Of a DNA stretch of 64,000 bases, positions 10,104-23,366 are shown piece by piece. The notes under the pieces are model-generated. The model ran no database searches. It saw only the letters and a program-made list of their open reading frames with translations, and had not been told where the DNA came from. Every line of letters starts with the position of its first letter. The first letter of the stretch is position 1. The stretch lies in the NCBI RefSeq assembly GCF_056712565.1, contig NZ_CM160072.1; one strand, given 5' to 3'. Made by a program: the position numbers and the translations under genes.

Positions 10104-11325
10104 TTAGTTATCTTCGTCTGTCAGCGGATTGAATGGCGGTATATTTTCAGTACAAATACCGGTCATCCACTGAAAAATACCTGCGAAATGACGGGCACTG
10201 ATTTTTCTACTGACGGGCTGATGAGACGTTATGTCACTGGCGGTAATAATCAGTGGCACACTGTAGCCTCCCTGCACATGACCATAATGATGAACAGGAT
10301 TGGCACTGTCGCTGACCGACAGCCCAAGGCCAGAAAAGTAAAGCATGGCGAAATGACGTGAGTACCGGCGAAGGATACCATCAAGCTGGCCAAGAAAGTT
10401 ATCCAGTTTACTGATGCTGGCGAGGTAACAGGCAATTTTTCGGGGATACTGCTCCAGGTAATTATTCGGCTAGGAGTTAAGGCTGTCACACGGATTTGGA
10501 TGAGAACCCATCATGTGCAGGAAAATTATCTTCGGAGAGGATGTATCCGCCAGCGCACGTTCTGTTTCCTGTAACAACAGTTTGTCATCTGTTTTACGGG
10601 AAGCGAAGCTGCCTTTCTTGAGGAAAGTGGCATGCTCCGCATCAGAAGCAATAACAGAGATGCGTGTGTCATGCCCCCCAGTTTTCCTTGATTGGATATC
10701 CACCATGTGCTGTATCCTGCTTTTGCTGCCAGCGCCACCACATTGTTGCCGGAATCAGGGTTCTGCTCATAGTCATAAATCAGTGTCCGGCTCAGGGAAG
10801 ACACTGTACTGGAGGCTGTCGAGGTATAATCGTCAATAAATAAACCGGGTGCCGTATTCAGCCACGGTGTGGTTGGTACGGGATAGTCATACACTGACAT
10901 ATAATCCCTGCGCACACTCTCACCAGTGACAATAACAATCGTATCATATAACGGTGCTCCCGGCTGGATTTTCCAGTTGTCAGCCCCGTGCTACTCAGTT
11001 GTTCATAACGCTGCATTTCACGTAATGTGTCAGTTGTCCCCACAACTGTTCCTTTAACCATCCGCAATGGCCAACGGTTTACAGAGCATAATACGAATAG
11101 CCGTAGAGCCAGCCAGTTACGGTGGTCGCGATGGTGTGTCCGCCAGAAAATCACCACGAATACCAGAATCGCGGCACTGACCAGAAAATGATAAACAGGA
11201 AACACGGGGCGGTTCACTTTGCTTTCTCCTGTAGTGTTTTCTGTAGGTTCTGAACCGGTTCTAGCGGGGTTGTGAGGCTGATGGCAATCGCCGGGCTCTT
11301 CCTGCATGTTACACTGGTACTGCAA
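10104..11325 (-). pseudogene. yjgX: Decayed phosphoethanolamine-transferase/sulfatase-family gene (yjgX-like), broken into at least 5 frame-shifted fragments
   Basis: Consecutive minus-strand ORF fragments (80, 79, 78, 129, 155 aa) in different frames; sulfatase-type motif IIFLHMMGSHPNP; a TM segment in the N-terminal fragment. Confidence 0.6.
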
Positions 11326-11685
11326 GAGGGGGCCTTCGCTCCTCTGACATTACTCAGTATTTTCACTACTACACCCCATCTGCCATCCATAACAACCGAT
11401 TCACCCCCTCGCGAGGCGTTGTTGCCCGTCACCCGGACAGACACCGTTATGGATTTCTCTTGTTGCACGATCGATCAATTGTTATGCATGCTGACACCAC
11501 AACCCCGGTGGGTATGACCGATGCCTTTCTCACTCTCTTCCCGGTCATCGTCGGCCTTCCCCGTTATTGTGGCGTGTCAGCACCCTCGACGGCATTTCGA
11601 TGGCTGCTCAGTGTTCACTCACGTTACGGCCCGCATAACCCGTTGACTTCCTGAAGAAGTCGTTTCAGGGAGAGATTCAGCCCTT

Positions 11686-12015
11686 TTGTTACCTCCTGGA
11701 CCGCTTCTTGTCCTTCCAGTCGGAGCGAGAGTTAGCCGGGGCGGACTTTCACCGACGGAAAGATCGTGCATTTCAAGGCACACACAACAATATCTGCGAG
11801 CGTGCTATCCGTCCGGTCGTTATGGGACGAAAGGCCTGGTTGTTCGCTGGTTCACTGGTGGCCGGGAACCGCGCGGCACAGATAATGAGCCTTCTGGGAA
11901 CCGCAGTCTGGAGCCACATGCTTGGCTGACGGACGTCCTGACGCGTCTGCCGGAGTGGCCGGAGGAGAGGTTGGCTGAGTTACTGCCTCTTGAGGGCTTT
12001 ACCTTCTTCGGGTAA
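11686..12015 (+). CDS. yjgZ: 109-aa ORF that is a C-terminal remnant of an IS66-family transposase (yjgZ-like)
   Basis: Overlapping frames carry NNICERAIRPVVMGRKAWLFAGS and WLTDVLTRLPEWPEERLAELLP, both IS66 TnpC C-terminal signatures; frame-shifted. Confidence 0.45.
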   Translation: MLPPGPLLVLPVGARVSRGGLSPTERSCISRHTQQYLRACYPSGRYGTKGLVVRWFTGGREPRGTDNEPSGNRSLEPHAWLTDVLTRLPEWPEERLAELLPLEGFTFFG

Positions 12016-12503
12016 GTGATACCTGCCGTCAGGTGTTTGTGCACCGGGCCATAACCTGCAGTTGGGAATTGAACGCCTGACAACAGGAAATGAGCTAGAG
12101 CAGTAAACACGCGGGCTGACAATGGGTCAGAATATGAGTTAGCCCGGCGTTATTCCTGGGGTCAGTACTTCAGATCTAGCCTCCGGTACCAGACTAGCTA
12201 GCCCCTACGCAACCAAATAAATCAACCATCGTCAGAGTGCAATCGTTCATATACACTGTCGGTGATGCGCTAAAAAATGCGTTAATGTTGAGTTCCTCGA
12301 ACCCTTACCAATTAAGGGACATAGCCAGATACGCAACTGGCTGATGCAAGCAGTCTAATGTCTTTAGATCCGCTGGCCTGCGGGCATGACAATGTCAAAC
12401 AGTCAAAGATTGTGGCGTTGACGGTCAGTCTTGGGGACAAAAAAGCTCAGTATTCTCGTTGGCAACCAGATAATTTAACAGTTGATGCTGAAACGAAATA
12501 GGC

Positions 12504-12515
12504 ATCTTGGTTCTG
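12504..12515. repeat. Left copy of 12-bp IS4 target-site duplication ATCTTGGTTCTG
   Basis: Identical 12-mer directly abuts both IS4 ends. Confidence 0.85.
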
Positions 12516-13941
12516 TAATGCCAGTCAGTTAAGCAACTGACTGGCTCTTTTTCGGGGCTGTGGGGTATTTCCAGGGCCTCTCCTTTACCACTCTCGGGAA
12601 GGCCCTTTCCCTTCTTGTCGGTAATTTCACAAGTTGTCCCATACTTGCAAGATCGCGCATCAGCTCCGGTATACGTCCCGGTGAAGCGCCCTGCAATGTT
12701 ATCAGCATTCTCATCACCATTCCGCATGATTCTGAGAAACTCAGTTGATTCGGCCAGTAACCTTTCAGATGTTCCGCCATTTTAATCATCTGATATCTCA
12801 CCAGATTATAAGCCAGTAAGACACCCCACAGCTCTTGCTCCACAAGCTCCGGCTTTTTACTTCTCAGCGTCAGCCTGCTCCGTTGCATCGTCTGTTTTAT
12901 CTCCCTGTATCCCAGTTCGATTTCCCAGCGATGACTGTACAGATCCCCCATTTCTCCTCCGGGGAAGCGCATGGCGTCCGTCATCGACGTCAGCAGATGG
13001 CAGACTTTTCCTTTGCGCGTCACGGTCAGCAGGCGGGCAGTCACTTCATTTCCCAGTCCCGGCCACTTTTTTCGTGCCTGCGGGCTGGTTTTCAGCTTCA
13101 CCAGATGATCGCCTTTACCCAGTTTTCTGATCTCTTCATATTGCGCTCCCTTTCTGAGAGGTATCATCCAGTGGCGGTGTTCTCCCGCCAGGCTCCAGGC
13201 ATTTAACAGTCCCAGTGAGTAATAACCTTTATCCATTAACGTCAGAGTGTTATCGCCGGTTTGTTCTATAAGTTGCTCAGCAAGCTCATTTTCGCTGTTC
13301 TTCATCGTGCCGAAGGCTGCAGCCGTCAGCAGATGGCTGGTCAGTTCCATCTGGCAGACCATTTTGACCTGCGGGTAGAGCGCCGGGTTCCCGGCATGTG
13401 TCTGGCGGGGGAAGGCTGCATCGTTCTCTGGTGTATCCGGTGTGCGCCAGAACACACCATCGATGGCCAGCAGGGTCAGGCCGCACCAGTGCGGATGCGG
13501 CGTGGCGTTATGCCAGAGCTGCGCTGTTTTCGTGAACACGCGGCGGACAGCCTCACTTCCCAGGCGCTGGCGGGCCTGAATAACGGCACTGGGGGCAACG
13601 AAGGGGCGATTGCCCGGCAGCATGATGTCCAGGCGATTCACAATCTGGTGAAGAGGTTCTTTACGCTCAAGCGCCATGCCAACAATACACCAGACCATCA
13701 TTTCGAGGGGAAGACGGCGCTTGCGTAGCGTTACAGTACCTGATTCGGCAAGGCAACGAGAGATGAGTTCGGGGTCGAGGTAATCCCCCAGAGAAGTCAG
13801 TGGGTTACGCAGAGAATCGTAACGGGATACCAGATCAAGAGCCTGTCCAATGTGCATAAAAAAATCCGGAAACAAGTGAGCGTTTCCGGATTCTTACACA
13901 GCCACTGGATCGGTCAACTGATCCTTAACTGATCGGCATTA
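12516..13941 (-). mobile_element. IS4 insertion sequence (1426 bp) with 18-bp terminal inverted repeats
   Basis: Ends TAATGCCAGTCAGTTAAG ... CTTAACTGATCGGCATTA; length 1426 bp; encodes the IS4 transposase. Confidence 0.9.
12529..13857 (-). CDS. insG: IS4 transposase (InsG)
   Basis: ORF 12529..13875; start set at [16 protein letters not shown] (442 aa); DDE transposase. Confidence 0.9.
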   Translation of the reverse strand: MHIGQALDLVSRYDSLRNPLTSLGDYLDPELISRCLAESGTVTLRKRRLPLEMMVWCIVGMALERKEPLHQIVNRLDIMLPGNRPFVAPSAVIQARQRLGSEAVRRVFTKTAQLWHNATPHPHWCGLTLLAIDGVFWRTPDTPENDAAFPRQTHAGNPALYPQVKMVCQMELTSHLLTAAAFGTMKNSENELAEQLIEQTGDNTLTLMDKGYYSLGLLNAWSLAGEHRHWMIPLRKGAQYEEIRKLGKGDHLVKLKTSPQARKKWPGLGNEVTARLLTVTRKGKVCHLLTSMTDAMRFPGGEMGDLYSHRWEIELGYREIKQTMQRSRLTLRSKKPELVEQELWGVLLAYNLVRYQMIKMAEHLKGYWPNQLSFSESCGMVMRMLITLQGASPGRIPELMRDLASMGQLVKLPTRRERAFPRVVKERPWKYPTAPKKSQSVA

Positions 13942-13953
13942 ATCTTGGTTCTG
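13942..13953. repeat. Right copy of 12-bp IS4 target-site duplication ATCTTGGTTCTG
   Basis: Identical to 12504..12515. Confidence 0.85.
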
Positions 13954-14049
13954 GTGTTTGTAACAAACTATCAGCTACAAAAATATGCTCAATTTGTGAC
14001 ATCAGTAACAAAACGCGTTTTGTTATGTGGATTGCTTGTTTTTTGATCT

Positions 14050-14072
14050 GGTATAACAGGTATAAAGGTATA
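14050..14072 (+). promoter_or_regulatory. NanR-type operator: three GGTATA hexamer repeats upstream of yjhBC
   Basis: GGTATAACAGGTATAAAGGTATA, the repeated GGTATA motif bound by the sialic acid regulator NanR. Confidence 0.55.
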
Positions 14073-14483
14073 CAGAAAAGCAAAGAAATACTGCAAAGGA
14101 AAACAGCTATAACGTAAGCTAAAGTAATAACCTCTCAGTCTTTCCTCATTTGACGAAGGGAGTTTTATTCAACCTGAACGGACTACGAAAATGAGCACAA
14201 TGAATAAGTCAATTTTTGAAGCAGGGTTGAACTGTGCCAGTGGTGGAATATCTGGCGAACATTGTTTTTTGTTGGTGACCCAAAACTGTAGGTGGGTATC
14301 AGTTTTATCTTTCATAGAGTGAAATATGTTAAGAAGAAATGGAGGAAAAGATTGTACTGATTAGGTATTGATAACAATCAATAGTACTGGCGTATTTGAA
14401 GACAATATAATTATTTCTGGATATTGTTGAGGCTCCCTAATATTTACTTTAAGGGCTATATTAGAATAACACAGGAAACAAAT

Positions 14484-15701
14484 ATGGCAACAGCATGGTA
14501 TAAACAAGTTAATCCACCACAACGGAAAGCTCTTTTTTCCGCATGGCTTGGATATGTATTTGATGGCTTTGATTTTATGATGATATTTTACATTCTTCAT
14601 ATTATAAAAGCAGATCTTGGCATTACGGATATTCAGGCTACTTTAATAGGGACAGTGGCCTTCATAGCCAGACCTATTGGAGGTGGTTTTTTTGGTGCCA
14701 TGGCTGATAAATATGGTCGTAAGCCAATGATGATGTGGGCAATTTTCATTTACTCAGTCGGAACAGGCCTTAGCGGTATTGCTACAAACTTATATATGCT
14801 CGCAGTTTGCCGTTTTATTGTTGGCTTAGGGATGTCTGGTGAATATGCATGTGCTTCAACTTATGCGGTAGAAAGTTGGCCTAAAAATCTTCAATCTAAA
14901 GCTAGTGCTTTTTTGGTAAGTGGTTTTTCTGTTGGAAATATTATTGCGGCACAAATAATCCCTCAGTTTGCTGAAGTATATGGATGGAGAAACTCTTTTT
15001 TTATAGGCCTGTTACCAGTTTTACTAGTTCTTTGGATCAGAAAAAGTGCTCCAGAAAGTCAGGAGTGGATTGAAGATAAATATAAGGATAAATCAACATT
15101 TTTGTCTGTCTTCAGAAAACCACATCTTTCAATCTCTATGATCGTTTTCCTCGTCTGTTTTTGTCTATTTGGTGCAAACTGGCCGATAAACGGACTACTT
15201 CCTTCCTACCTGGCAGATAATGGAGTTAATACAGTGGTCATTTCAACTCTGATGACAATAGCAGGTTTAGGAACACTGACAGGTACAATATTTTTTGGTT
15301 TTGTTGGTGATAAGATTGGTGTAAAAAAAGCCTTTGTAGTCGGTCTAATAACTTCATTTATTTTCCTTTGTCCTCTTTTTTTTATTTCTGTGAAAAACTC
15401 TTCTCTTATAGGATTATGTCTCTTTGGATTAATGTTTACAAATTTAGGTATTGCAGGGTTGGTTCCAAAATTTATATATGATTACTTTCCAACAAAATTA
15501 AGAGGATTAGGGACCGGTCTTATTTATAACTTAGGGGCAACTGGAGGAATGGCCGCACCTGTATTAGCTACATACATTTCAGGATATTATGGCTTAGGTG
15601 TTTCATTATTCATTGTTACGGTTGCATTCTCTGCCTTATTAATTTTGTTAGTTGGTTTTGATATTCCAGGTAAAATTTATAAACTATCCGTGGCTAAATG
15701 A
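14484..15701 (+). CDS. yjhB: MFS transporter, NanT-like (sialic acid-related)
   Basis: ORF 14424..15701; start set at MATAWYKQVNPPQRKALF (405 aa); 12-TM MFS protein. Confidence 0.8.
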   Translation: MATAWYKQVNPPQRKALFSAWLGYVFDGFDFMMIFYILHIIKADLGITDIQATLIGTVAFIARPIGGGFFGAMADKYGRKPMMMWAIFIYSVGTGLSGIATNLYMLAVCRFIVGLGMSGEYACASTYAVESWPKNLQSKASAFLVSGFSVGNIIAAQIIPQFAEVYGWRNSFFIGLLPVLLVLWIRKSAPESQEWIEDKYKDKSTFLSVFRKPHLSISMIVFLVCFCLFGANWPINGLLPSYLADNGVNTVVISTLMTIAGLGTLTGTIFFGFVGDKIGVKKAFVVGLITSFIFLCPLFFISVKNSSLIGLCLFGLMFTNLGIAGLVPKFIYDYFPTKLRGLGTGLIYNLGATGGMAAPVLATYISGYYGLGVSLFIVTVAFSALLILLVGFDIPGKIYKLSVAK

Positions 15702-15712
15702 TTGGAGGCTTT

Positions 15713-16831
15713 ATGATTAATTATGGCGTTGTTGGTGTTGGATACTTTGGCGCTGAATTAGCTCGTTTTATGAATATGCATGATAATGCAAAAATTACAT
15801 GTGTATACGATCCTGAAAATGGAGAAAATATTGCCCGTGAATTGCAGTGTATCAATATGTCAAGCTTGGATGCTTTAGTCTCAAGTAAATTAGTCGATTG
15901 CGTGATCGTAGCCACCCCAAATTATCTGCATAAAGAACCAGTAATTAAAGCAGCAAAGAATAAGAAGCATGTTTTTTGTGAAAAACCAATTGCATTAAGT
16001 TATGAAGATTGTGTGGATATGGTCAAAGCGTGTAAAGAAGCTGGTGTGACCTTTATGGCCGGGCATATTATGAATTTTTTCAATGGGGTTCAATATGCAC
16101 GGAAGTTAATTAAAGAAGGTGTTATCGGCGAAATATTATCATGTCATACTAAGAGAAATGGCTGGGAAAACAAACAAGAGAGACTTTCCTGGAAAAAGAT
16201 GAAAGAACAATCTGGTGGACATCTATATCATCATATACATGAGTTAGATTGTGTTCAGCATTTACTTGGAGAAATACCAGAGACGGTTACTATGATTGGT
16301 GGAAATTTGGCCCATTCTGGTCCAGGATTTGGCAATGAAGATGATATGTTATTTATGACCTTGGAATTCCCGTCAGGAAAACTAGCAACCTTAGAGTGGG
16401 GGAGTGCATTTAACTGGCCGGAACATTATGTCATCATCAATGGAACTAAAGGCTCTATTAAAATTGATATGCAAGAAACAGCAGGGTCACTTAGGATTGG
16501 CGGTCAGACAAAGCATTTTTTGGTCCATGAAACACAAGAAGAAGATGATGATCGTCGGAAAGGCAATATGACCTCAGAAATGGATGGCGCTATAGCATAT
16601 GGTCATCCAGGAAAAAAAACACCATTATGGCTTGCCAGTTTAATAAGAAAGGAGACGTTATTCCTCCATAATATCCTCTGTGGTGCAAAACCTGAAGAAG
16701 ATTATATTGACCTTCTCAATGGTGAGGCGGCCATGTCGGCGATTGCTACTGCTGATGCTGCCACTCTTTCAAGATCGCAGGACAGGAAAGTGAAAATCAG
16801 TGAGATCATTAAACATACATCAGTAATGTAA
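15713..16831 (+). CDS. yjhC: Gfo/Idh/MocA-family NAD-binding oxidoreductase
   Basis: ORF 15698..16831; start set at MINYGVVGVGYFG (Rossmann motif), 372 aa; 4-bp overlap with yjhB suggests an operon. Confidence 0.8.
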   Translation: MINYGVVGVGYFGAELARFMNMHDNAKITCVYDPENGENIARELQCINMSSLDALVSSKLVDCVIVATPNYLHKEPVIKAAKNKKHVFCEKPIALSYEDCVDMVKACKEAGVTFMAGHIMNFFNGVQYARKLIKEGVIGEILSCHTKRNGWENKQERLSWKKMKEQSGGHLYHHIHELDCVQHLLGEIPETVTMIGGNLAHSGPGFGNEDDMLFMTLEFPSGKLATLEWGSAFNWPEHYVIINGTKGSIKIDMQETAGSLRIGGQTKHFLVHETQEEDDDRRKGNMTSEMDGAIAYGHPGKKTPLWLASLIRKETLFLHNILCGAKPEEDYIDLLNGEAAMSAIATADAATLSRSQDRKVKISEIIKHTSVM

Positions 16832-17051
16832 AAACTATACGCCTCTTGATTTAATTCAGGAGGCCTTTTATGTATGATCAAGAATTTTATCTTCGATAAT
16901 CTCATAATTTTAGCAGTGCCATTTATGATAAAAACATCCCTTAAAACCAATCTAATCTTTTTCTTCCTCTGTGTATTTGTTCCCCATATGGCGTCATAAT
17001 TTACGCTACGTAATACGGGATAGTTACGATACGCAGCGATAGCGCTAAGTT

Positions 17052-17282
17052 TTAGTTAAAATCCCCCATCAGCGGGATATGGGGATCTCTGGGAGGTTCA
17101 GGTTTTAGCATCGCGACTTTAATACGACAGACGCTGGTGACGATGATGCCAAGTAGTGACTCTTCCGAATAAGGTTCCCACTGACCAATTGGCGCGCGCT
17201 TCGCAATAAAATCTCCCTTCGCCCAGTATTGGGAAAAGTAGATACATTCAAACTGTGTACGCTGTTTCGTCTCACAGTTCAC
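17052..17282 (-). CDS. yjhD: Small 76-aa ORF (yjhD-like) with GTG start; function unknown
   Basis: C-terminal 76 codons of a 131-aa minus-strand ORF; GTG at 17282; assignment by position between yjhC and yjhE. Confidence 0.3.
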   Translation of the reverse strand: MNCETKQRTQFECIYFSQYWAKGDFIAKRAPIGQWEPYSEESLLGIIVTSVCRIKVAMLKPEPPRDPHIPLMGDFN

Positions 17283-17286
17283 GACA

Positions 17287-17535
17287 TTGCTGGCCGATGA
17301 GCTGACCATTGGGCCTATCCGGGCTGTCCCGATGGATATTACGCCGAAGTATGTGGGAATTGCCAGCGGATTGATGAACGCCGGTTCCGCTGTCGCCGAC
17401 ATTATTTCACCTATCGCCTTTGGCATTATTATCGACAAAACAGGCAACTGGAGTTTACCATTCTACGGTTCCGTCGCATTGCTTGTTATTGGTATATTCC
17501 TGACGTTCTTCATGCGTCCAGATAAGTCATTGTAA
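17287..17535 (+). pseudogene. yjhE: C-terminal fragment of an MFS transporter gene (yjhE-like remnant)
   Basis: 82-aa ORF with MFS C-terminal TM segments (…IIDKTGNWSLPFYGSVALLVIGIFLTFFM…); ends 16 bp before the IS911 left end. Confidence 0.6.
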
Positions 17536-17622
17536 AAGTCGAATCAGGGCTGAAGTGGCACACTGAATTTGGCCACCTGAACAGAGGTGATATGCTCACC
17601 TCAGAACAACACAGGTGCTCCA

Positions 17623-19137
<1,515 letters not shown>

Positions 19138-19199
19138 TCTGCATTCCCTCATATTGCGGCCGAGATAATAATTGCCGCCCCCAGGACGGCATGTTGCTA

Positions 19200-21203
19200 T
19201 TAACGAACCAGGTGCAGGAAGTGCAGGTGTTTTTCGTACTGGTCCAGTATGTCATTAATCAGCTGTTCCTGGTTCCAGCCCATCACATCATAATTTTGAC
19301 CGCCTTCTTTGAGATAAACCTCAGCGCGATAATATCGATGTTGTTCACTCTGCTGCTCATCATTATCCATTGCGGCGAGCGCGAAGGTCGGTGAGATATA
19401 CCCGCGAAGCCTCACTTCATATATAAAATTCAGCTCGTTGCCCAAATCGACTTCAAGACGAATACGATCGTCGACTGCATCACTAATGTGGCTTATCGTC
19501 CCCTGCTTGTTCAGTTCCTCCTGAACCAGCGTCATGGCGGGCTGGATAACGTCGTCCATAAAACGTTTCACAAGAGATCGCTTCGGCAGATACGCGATAT
19601 TGCGTAACCTTCTCTGCCAAGGAATTGGGTTACGTGCAGCCGTAGGAGCAATTGTCGCCATGCTCAGGCTTTCACGCTTGGTCAAATCCCGGCGCAAAGC
19701 TTTTAAAAGTCCGTATATGGATATTAGTAAGATCACTGAGAAGGGCAATGCACTCGCTATTGTCACCGTTTGCAGCGCACTTAGCCCTCCGGCAAGGAGA
19801 AGCGCAATTGCAACAATGCCCATGAGCGAGGCCCAGAATATTCGCTGCCAGACGGGTGTGTTTGCCACTCCACCTGATGCCAGAGTATCCACAACCATTG
19901 CCCCCGAATCAGCAGACGTTACAAAGAAGACGATGACCATCGCCATTGCAATGAATGACAGCACAGAAGAGAACGGGAAATGCTCCAGGAAATTAAACAG
20001 GGCCAGCGACACATCCTGCTGAACAGTATTGGCGAGGTCTGTGGCCCCCTGGTTCATAATGAGATAGATCGCGCTGTTACCAAACACCGTCATCCACATT
20101 AGCGTAAAACCCGCGGGAACAAACAGCACGCCGGTGACAAACTCGCGAATGGTTCGCCCGCGGGAGACCCGTGCGATGAACATCCCCACAAACGGCGACC
20201 ATGAAAGCCACCATCCCCAGTACAGTAATGTCCAGCCCCCCAGCCAGTTGCTCGACTTGGGCTCATACGCGTAAAGGTTGAACGTTTTACTCACCAGTTC
20301 CGAAAGATAACCGCCCGTATTTTCCACAAATGACTTCAGCAGAAGCACGGTTGGTCCCAGACACAGGACCAGCGCCAGGAGCAACAAAGCCAGACCCAGA
20401 TTGAGTTCAGACAGGATACGTATTCCCTTATCCAGACCGGACACCACTGAAATCGTCGCTAACCCCGTGATGACCACGATCAGAATTACCTGCACCGTTT
20501 CATTGATGGGCACCCCGAAAAGATGGTTCAAACCGGCATTCACCTGCAAAACACCGTAACCCAGTGATGTCGCAACGCCAAAGACCGTGCCTATAACAGC
20601 GAAAATATCAACCGCATGTCCTACAGGTCCGTATATGCGATCGCCAATAATGGGATAGAGTGCGGAGCGCAGAGTTAAAGGCAGACCGTGACGGTAACTG
20701 AAGAACGCCAGAATCAGCGCCACAATGGCATAAATTGCCCATGCGTGCAGTCCCCAGTGGAAAAAGGTCAGACGCATTGCTTCCTTGGCTGCCGCAACGG
20801 TTTCTGGAGTGCCAACGGGTGGCGAAAGATAATGCATTACAGGTTCGGCAACGCCAAAGAACATCAGGCCGATCCCCATCCCTGCCGAAAAAAGCATCGC
20901 AAACCAGGAGTGGTAGCTGAAATCAGGCTGCGCATGGTCCGGGCCCAGCTTGATATCACCGTAGCGTGAGAGTCCAAGGAACGTGACACTCAGTAAAATC
21001 AGGGCCACAGCAAGGATGTAGAACCAGCTGGCATTCGTGAAGATTTGTTGCTGAAGTAGTTTAAAATTTTTGTCGGCGACATCCGGGAATACGGCGGCAA
21101 AGGCGACAAGAAGGAAAATTAGCAAAGCAGATGTAAAGAATACCGCTTTGTTAATCTGACTTGTAGACTTCTTTGGGATTGTATCATTTTCACTCATAAT
21201 CAT
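19200..21203 (-). CDS. BCCT-family transporter, BetT-like (choline/glycine betaine type) with long C-terminal cytoplasmic domain
   Basis: 667 aa; BCCT signatures (…WTLLYWGWWLSWSPFVGMFIARVSRGRTIREF…); C-terminal tail …INDILDQYEKHLHFLHL resembles BetT. Confidence 0.8.
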   Translation of the reverse strand: MIMSENDTIPKKSTSQINKAVFFTSALLIFLLVAFAAVFPDVADKNFKLLQQQIFTNASWFYILAVALILLSVTFLGLSRYGDIKLGPDHAQPDFSYHSWFAMLFSAGMGIGLMFFGVAEPVMHYLSPPVGTPETVAAAKEAMRLTFFHWGLHAWAIYAIVALILAFFSYRHGLPLTLRSALYPIIGDRIYGPVGHAVDIFAVIGTVFGVATSLGYGVLQVNAGLNHLFGVPINETVQVILIVVITGLATISVVSGLDKGIRILSELNLGLALLLLALVLCLGPTVLLLKSFVENTGGYLSELVSKTFNLYAYEPKSSNWLGGWTLLYWGWWLSWSPFVGMFIARVSRGRTIREFVTGVLFVPAGFTLMWMTVFGNSAIYLIMNQGATDLANTVQQDVSLALFNFLEHFPFSSVLSFIAMAMVIVFFVTSADSGAMVVDTLASGGVANTPVWQRIFWASLMGIVAIALLLAGGLSALQTVTIASALPFSVILLISIYGLLKALRRDLTKRESLSMATIAPTAARNPIPWQRRLRNIAYLPKRSLVKRFMDDVIQPAMTLVQEELNKQGTISHISDAVDDRIRLEVDLGNELNFIYEVRLRGYISPTFALAAMDNDEQQSEQHRYYRAEVYLKEGGQNYDVMGWNQEQLINDILDQYEKHLHFLHLVR

Positions 21204-21350
21204 TTATTCCATTAATTAAATTCGCACTGGATAGAAGGTACTACCTCTCACAAAGTAGCAAAGTTCAACTGGCTATGCGGCGTTAATCGGAATGCATGGT
21301 GGAATGTTGAGGTGTACTGGCAATAGCGGACACTACCATTTGTTCTTTTT

Positions 21351-22169
21351 TTAAGCAGCCATCTGATGATATTTTTCCCTGAAGGCTGCCGGGGAGATAT
21401 TCCCCAGACGAGAGTGACGACGCTGACGATTGTAGAAAATCTCAATGTATTCCCGTATTACTGAGATGGCTTCATCCCGGTTATTAAAACGATAGTGGCT
21501 CAGGCTCTCATTTTTCAGCGTTCCCCAGAAGCTTTCCATCGGAGCGTTGTCGTAACAGTTACCTTTACGCGACATTGATGTTTTCAGACCAAACTGCTCC
21601 TGTATGACCCGGTAATCGTATGCGCAGTACTGTGAACCTCGATCAGAGTGGTGGATTAGCCCGGCAGGTGGGCGCTGGCTCCTGAGCGCCATAAACAGGG
21701 CTTTACCTGTCAGCTCTTTTGTCATGCGCTCTCCCATGGCGTAGCCGACAATTTCGCACGTATAAACATCTTTGATGCCAGCGAGGTACAACCATCCCTC
21801 CTGTGTGGCAACATACGTCAGGTCCGCCACCCAGACCTGATTTGGTGCTGTAGGAGCGAACGTCTGGTTCAGCAGATTTGGCGCAACTGGCAGATTGTGG
21901 TTCGAGTTCGTAGTCGCTCTGAACTTGCGTTTCTGCTTACAGCGTAGCCTTAGCTCCTTACGAAGACGTGCCAGTCGGTCACGACCAACGATGATGCCAT
22001 TCTCTGCCAGCTCCGTCTGGAGCCGCCGGGTTCCATATGTTTCGCGAGTGCGGATATGTGCCACCTTAATCTCCAGTTTTAGCCGCTCATCACTTTGTTT
22101 TCTGTCTGAGGGTTCATGCTGTACCCAGTTGTAATAACCGCTCCTGGATACACCAAATACCTGACACAT
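21351..22169 (-). CDS. IS3-family (IS600-like) transposase OrfB
   Basis: 272 aa with DDE motifs (…NQVWVADLTYV…HHSDRGSQYCA…). Confidence 0.8.
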   Translation of the reverse strand: MCQVFGVSRSGYYNWVQHEPSDRKQSDERLKLEIKVAHIRTRETYGTRRLQTELAENGIIVGRDRLARLRKELRLRCKQKRKFRATTNSNHNLPVAPNLLNQTFAPTAPNQVWVADLTYVATQEGWLYLAGIKDVYTCEIVGYAMGERMTKELTGKALFMALRSQRPPAGLIHHSDRGSQYCAYDYRVIQEQFGLKTSMSRKGNCYDNAPMESFWGTLKNESLSHYRFNNRDEAISVIREYIEIFYNRQRRHSRLGNISPAAFREKYHQMAA

Positions 22170-22204
22170 CGCTTCAATGGGAAATTGTTGTCGCCATTGT
22201 TCGA

Positions 22205-22507
22205 TTAACGCGTATTTTTCAGCGACTCCTGTGCAAAATCTACAGTTGCTTTTTTTAATATATCTCGCTCAAGGCGAGCTTCATTTAACGCCTTACGCAG
22301 TTGTAGAATTTCAGATTCCAGTTCAGCCACCGTGCGGGAACCAGGAGTACCGAGCCCTTTTCTGGCGGCGGTAACCCATTGTCCTAAAGTGCCTTCAGGA
22401 AGAGATAATCGGGAAGCGCCTTCACTGATCGAAAGTTGATTTTCAAGAACCGTTCTGACAGCTTCGGCTTTGAACTTTTTAGAGTAACGTTGGGTTTTTC
22501 TGCTCAT
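22205..22507 (-). CDS. IS3-family (IS600-like) OrfA, HTH protein
   Basis: 100 aa, MSRKTQRYSKKFKAEAVRTVLENQLSISEGASRLSLPEGTLGQWV…, leucine-zipper C-terminus. Confidence 0.8.
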   Translation of the reverse strand: MSRKTQRYSKKFKAEAVRTVLENQLSISEGASRLSLPEGTLGQWVTAARKGLGTPGSRTVAELESEILQLRKALNEARLERDILKKATVDFAQESLKNTR

Positions 22508-22572
22508 TATTAGCTCCTTCTGATGCCATTCTATTTCAGGAAGGAGTGTCCGTTAAACTCAGGCTACCTCAG

Positions 22573-23366
<794 letters not shown>

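Larger units (their letters stand above)
21308..22572 (-). mobile_element. IS600-like IS3-family insertion sequence (1265 bp)
   Basis: Imperfect terminal inverted repeats TGAGGTGTACTGGCAATAGCGGACACT / AGTGTCCGTTAAACTCAGGCTACCTCA; orfA+orfB inside. Confidence 0.75.

Noticed and set aside
10026-10361. 111-aa plus-strand ORF (possible yjgW-like small gene)
   Set aside because: Overlaps the frame-shifted yjgX-like fragments on the opposite strand and has no recognisable features; could not be supported
12016-12040. Sequence GGTAAGTGATACC after the IS66 remnant as an IS66 terminal inverted repeat
   Set aside because: Orientation is inconsistent with a right end of a plus-oriented element; the remnant appears to lack a recognisable terminus
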